Below, one piece after another: positions 58,963 through 64,000 of a DNA stretch of 64,000 nt. Made by a program: the position numbers and the translations under genes. Below the pieces are notes generated by a model. The model had not been told where the DNA came from. It ran no database searches and saw only the letters and a list, made by a program, of their open reading frames with translations. Every line of letters begins with the position of its first letter. Position 1 is the first letter of the stretch. Source of the stretch: Trichoplax adhaerens. Lineage: Eukaryota; Animalia; Placozoa. The DNA is taken from positions 5,487,101-5,551,100 of the forward strand of contig NW_002060945.1 of the NCBI RefSeq assembly GCF_000150275.1. The letters run 5' to 3'.

Positions 58963-60984
58963 TGGATGTCTTTTATTGAAATTTTAACAGCTTTTACTAT
59001 GGAAAATTCAAGAAAGTCATAAAGTATTTCCATATTGATTCGCATCACTGTAGATATCTCGCCTGTGCTTGTTACCTGCTGTAGTCAGTGGAGATGGTCA
59101 TTTAAATCCATATATTTCTGTAATTCAACACCGTCCTAGTAGAACCCACGCTCGTTCTACTCTACTTCGCGTATCTACTTTCACATTTTCACTTTACGTT
59201 ATTATCGCTGACACTTGGCACTTTACAGTAATCTGATCTCTAAATAAATAAATTCAGTTTTCAAAGTTGCTTTCATATAATCTTAACAGGCAAACAATAA
59301 ATTCTCATTCTCTCTATTTCACTTTGTTATGTACAATTTTCGTTTATCGTGATATTGTAGTACCATATAATGTGTACGACAGTAATTATAATTATCAATT
59401 AATTGAAGAGCATAGTCTATACTGTTCTCTTTCTTTAGTACTCAGTACTATCATGGGTGCATGCCGTATCACTCACAGCATGCAGTACAGTGCATTATTT
59501 CTTCTTTTATCTTTCCTGTAATAAAAGCACGACACGAGATCGCGTTATTGGTTGCCCTGCCTGGCCCACAGCTTTGACTGGATTTTGCTTCAATAAATCA
59601 TATCTGACACTGGCATTAGTACACCATTATTAATTGAAATGGACAGCATTAAACAATCGACAACAGGATTGTAAGGAGCACTGTTACACTATTAACAATC
59701 GTCTCCGCCTGTGTTTCCAGAAAAGTACGTACTTCTGTGCATCGCAATGATTGAAATGGCTACGATTAGCTACGATCATGGATCAATTATTACAGTAGAT
59801 GGCTTCAGAGACAAAAATAACTACTGTCTTAGAAGTCCCCTGGTACTATCTAGCAGACCATAGTTTGAGTTCATACTACGAGTAACCAACTACTTGACAA
59901 TTCCTACCTGGGGGTATGTAGATGTACGTCGTATAGAAAATTGCAGTCATTGACGCCAAACCATGTCAATAAATAGCATCATTAGCTATACATGTTGTAT
60001 TATTCTCAGATAGACTCAAAAACGCGCCTCATTATCCTTATTCTACAATTCTACTCGATCTACGTTAAGCCAATAATTTATTGCACAGGTTTGGTTGGCT
60101 CTGCCATTGCACCTCGTATAGGTAACGTAAACGATGGAACTACTTACTTAGTTGAATCATCACCAGATACTGTAGCATAGAAAGACACTCCATAGCATGT
60201 TAGAACCCATATTATGTCCATGTTATATCCCAAAATAGTGGAAATTAAACGTGAGTGATGATTTGTTCAACCATGAAATGAGCTATATCACTCTATTTAT
60301 TATTGAGCGATAGAGCGTCTCAAAAACGATAGGATAAAAATTTCAATTTCTTGTCAATTTCGTTTGATTAACGTGCGTACAGTACATGAATTCAGTGATT
60401 AGACTTGATCCATTCAGTCCTTCTACTAATTAGTTTATCGAACAATATAAAATCCTCCTAAAGGAGAGAAAAATCGGTTTTCTCTCTGCAGTTATCCTAA
60501 CTATTGTTTACGATAATATTTGTCGACAATTTTAATGTATACTATGTGTTTACCACACGTAGATGCCGGATTACTGCTGCTTATAAAATAATGACAGTAA
60601 AAGCTGATTAGCATCAATTTCCTTCATCAATTTGAAGGTAATGTACGTAGAATTCTAGTTTGATCTGAGTATATTTTAATAATTTACAGTTCTTGCGTGG
60701 CATTACGGTGTAAGTATACTCGCATAATATCATTGCTGTTATATACGTGTAGTTATTGTATCCCTCAGATAGACTCAGATAACCCCGCCTATCGTTAATT
60801 TACAGTTTTGATGAATTCATAATAAACTAATAACTTCTTGCGTAGGCTTCGTGATTATGCTTGTATCTGTAATATTAAAGATAGATCTCTTTAGTTGAAT
60901 CAGTAAATGAGATATCGGATTCAAATATCTGATAAAATCCGATCACAAAAATTACAAAGTTGTAGAAAATTAGAACTTTATTAG

Positions 60985-61352
60985 ATCCAATACAAAGACT
61001 AGCTACACATAGCTCTACTCTAACAGAATGCAACTACTGAAAGACCTTTAGAAAGAAAGAATAATCAGATAATCTAATGTCTCCTACTTTTATACTCTCC
61101 GTAGTCTTCGCAGCTACAATCAGCATAGCAGCATTCTACCATATTTTACATATACTCAACTTATTGTTAGTCATAATATTTTATAGGGAACCATCATTAA
61201 TCCAATATAGAAATGATTACAATATTTTCGTAGACATTATTCCTACCTCGCAAAATACAATGAACTAAGTATATCCTAAGATATGATTTACAATTCTATT
61301 TCTACCTCTAACCTTATTAGTAGCTCAAAACCTTGCTGTATATAGCCATCTT
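60985..61352 (+). repeat. Dispersed duplication, copy B of 55075-55443
   Basis: Same shared blocks as copy A; similarity continues up to the gap. Confidence 0.88.
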
Positions 61353-61353
61353 A

Positions 61354-61403
61354 NNNNNNNNNNNNNNNNNNNNNNNNNNNNNNNNNNNNNNNNNNNNNNN
61401 NNN
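61354..61403. other. Assembly gap (50 N)
   Basis: Run of N. Confidence 1.
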
Positions 61404-61484
61404 ACTTTATTTTGCAGGGTTAGTTTACGAGGCAGCTCAAGTTCGATTCATCGATTAGAACATACTGGCCCATAATTTATTCCG

Positions 61485-62345
61485 TGACAGTACAGTATAG
61501 TACAGTACAGTATATTGTACTGTACAGCATACTGTACTGTACTGTACAGTATTGTCACACTGATACCGTTACTGTACTGTAAGTCATACTGTACGAGCCA
61601 TGTTGCAACATTCGAAATTATCAGCTGATAAATAATAATTATTATTATTGTAAAGGTGCAGTACTGTACAGTACAGTACAGTACATGTATAATGATATTT
61701 AAAAGAAAGATTAAATTAAGACTTGCTTGACTATAACAATTCAAATGTGATAAAAGTATACCATTGTAAGGATCTACATTACTAGATTCACTATATAATC
61801 TACTCTGTATCATCCTTTTCATCGTCCACCGACTGTGAACCGCCGCTACCGCGCAGTATAAAATTAAAAAATTTATCTATGTAAAGCTGTTGTTGGGTGT
61901 TCAGGTCCCTGGTTCACTCTACTGTACGTCATAAAACTACTAATAGTAGTGCTATACTGTAAATAGTTAGTTCATGTTATTATTTTATACCAATTTATAT
62001 TCCGTCCATGCGCCTCACTTGGTTTAAGAGAGCAACGTTAGAAGGCTAGGGCATTACTGCGCCAGCGTCATAAATCGTATGATTATATTAATTATAATAT
62101 TGTTATTTTTTTACAGTTAATTCTATTTTATTTATTTTCCTCTAGTGTACTGTACAGTATTTTTTCTTTATTTATTTTACTGTAATGTACAGTACTGTAC
62201 AGTACTGTATATTTTATTTTATTATTTCGAGGACCTGGCATGGCCTGGCATAAGACAAAGAAACGGTTCAGAGTTCAGAGTTCTCCATTACCACTGTACA
62301 CTTCAGTGTACAGTACTGTACATTCATAGACGGTACTGTGCTGTA
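61485..62345. repeat. TACAG/CTGTA low-complexity clusters
   Basis: Dense arrays at 61487-61590, 61660-61690 and 62145-62345. Confidence 0.8.
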
Positions 62346-63582
62346 GTGGTATTTACTGTTGTTAAATTATTTTATTGAACGTCATCGTTCAAAAAATTTT
62401 TAATTTATTTTTTACTGAGGTGGAGGACCAGCATACAGTTGAACGTGCAGAGGTCCATGCTGCAATAAAATATTCAAATTCATACCGTATACCCTACTGT
62501 AGACCATATTACAGTACTCGTACTGTAGCACAGGAGTTTTCTGTGCTCTGCACACATTAGTGGTATCTATCATTGCAATGCAACATCGTGATGAAAGGCA
62601 ATTATTTCTCGAGTAGTCCCTGGCGATGTGTGATAATATATTTATACAGTATATATACTGTACTGTATATATTTATATCAATCATGAATCAGTGCGCTAT
62701 ACTTTGAAAACACGGCCTCTGCACAGTACAGTACTGTAGTGTGGCCGAGTGGCAACGTTTATATAAGGCTAATGCATAAAGGGAGAGAACTCTCACTACT
62801 GTATATTGTCATGGGCTAAAAGGCCTCAAAAATTTTCATACAAAGGCGATTTTACTGTAACATAAAATTCGAAATATGATGCAATCGGGCATTAATATCT
62901 ATCTACCATCTTTCGCAATCTTCAATTTGAAATGTCCTGTAGTCGTAATATCGGGGTTATTTATACCGTACACAAAAGCATATCGTACTGTATCATGTAT
63001 TATCGTATTGTCCCTTCATTACGGTACAGTACGTGATATGTCGTAGTCATCTATACAGCAACTTACAAATTAAGACAAAAAACTTCACTGAGAAGAACTG
63101 CATATGCTGCGTATGATTTATCAATCGTTTCATATATAAAATTGAAACAGTAGCGTTATTATTTTTAGACATAGCATAGATGCAATGAAATATCATTCAG
63201 TTAAATCGTGTATACGCTGAACGATAGGTAGAAATTGTAGATGCAGTATACAGTGCGGTGGCTCAGGCGTATAAAATCAAAAGATGTAACATGTACTGTA
63301 ATGTAAAGTGATATAACGATTGTACTCGAATAAATCAGCCCGATGATGTCGTTGCTTAATAATGTAACTGTACATATATACAGTATACTCGTATACAGAA
63401 CACAAATTAAGTACGGTGATATATTGTTATAAATCCATCTATGCGGAGAACTACAGATCTACAGCTGTAATGATGGAGAGCTACTTTTCCGATGAATCTT
63501 ACTGTAATATTCTTTTTGTGAACTGTTAAGAGGATTTTAAAAAAACTAACTATTAAATACAATGTTGACTTAAATGGCTTAC

Positions 63583-63801
63583 CGTAGAGTTAGCTAAGCT
63601 GTCTTTAGATGAGCTTTTTCGGACCAAACGAAAACTAGCTGAAGTCGGCATAGTAGGCTTTGGCTTGTTGACCGGACTATTCTTTGGAGAAGTCTCCTGA
63701 TGACCATTTACTTGTGGCGCTGAGAAGGATAGAACATTATCATCAGCATCTGAATCAATCGAGACTGATCTTTTCAATTGGCGTTCGCTACTCGCGCTCA
63801 T
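63583..63801 (-). CDS. Probable coding exon of an unidentified gene (Ser/Pro/Lys-rich, disordered)
   Basis: Open frame MSASSERQLKRSVSIDSDADD...RKSSSKDSLANST ends at a strong GTAAGC donor (phase 0). A short intron would give FTKRILQ*. Gene structure is not resolved. Confidence 0.5.
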
Positions 63802-64000
63802 TAATATTTCGTCTCAGCAATATCTGATTTCAAAAACTATTCGAAATTAATGGAAACATTTAATGGGATTAATATGACAAAAAATTTAATTTATTACATA
63901 CAGTGAAGTAGCGTGCTCGTCTTGCTAAAAATTACTGTGTTGATAGACACAACCAATGTGTGTATTTACTTACTGTACTTATACTAAGATGATAAGATAA

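Overview
AT-rich, intron-dense animal genomic DNA with short GT-AG introns and one 50-N gap. The style suggests a placozoan (Trichoplax-like) genome, which is inference only. Genes reconstructed by hand from splice sites and reading phase: a possible minus-strand gene running off the left edge; a GLD-2/TENT2-type non-canonical poly(A) polymerase (+); an alkaline ceramidase (-); UPF1 (+); a tandem array of three CSK-family SH3-SH2-kinase genes (+); IER3IP1/YOS1 (-) head-to-head with USE1 (+); a PMF1/Nnf1-like gene (-); an SLC35F3/F4-like transporter (+); and an unassigned exon near the right edge. The most interesting element is the CSK array. The third copy has an intact catalytic domain and a candidate alternative first exon with an N-terminal di-cysteine. 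The first two copies are full-length, frame-intact pseudokinases (DFG->NFN, alphaC Glu->Gln, broken Gly-loop, and Lys->Arg in copy 2) that keep the SH2 FLxRES motif and carry activation-segment tyrosines that CSK lacks. Other points of note: TACAG/CTGTA clusters near gene 5' ends, a candidate U12 intron and an exon-encoded insertion in UPF1, a possible mitochondrial presequence on the GLD-2-like enzyme, a candidate unannotated secreted peptide gene, and hairpin-bearing tandem repeats.
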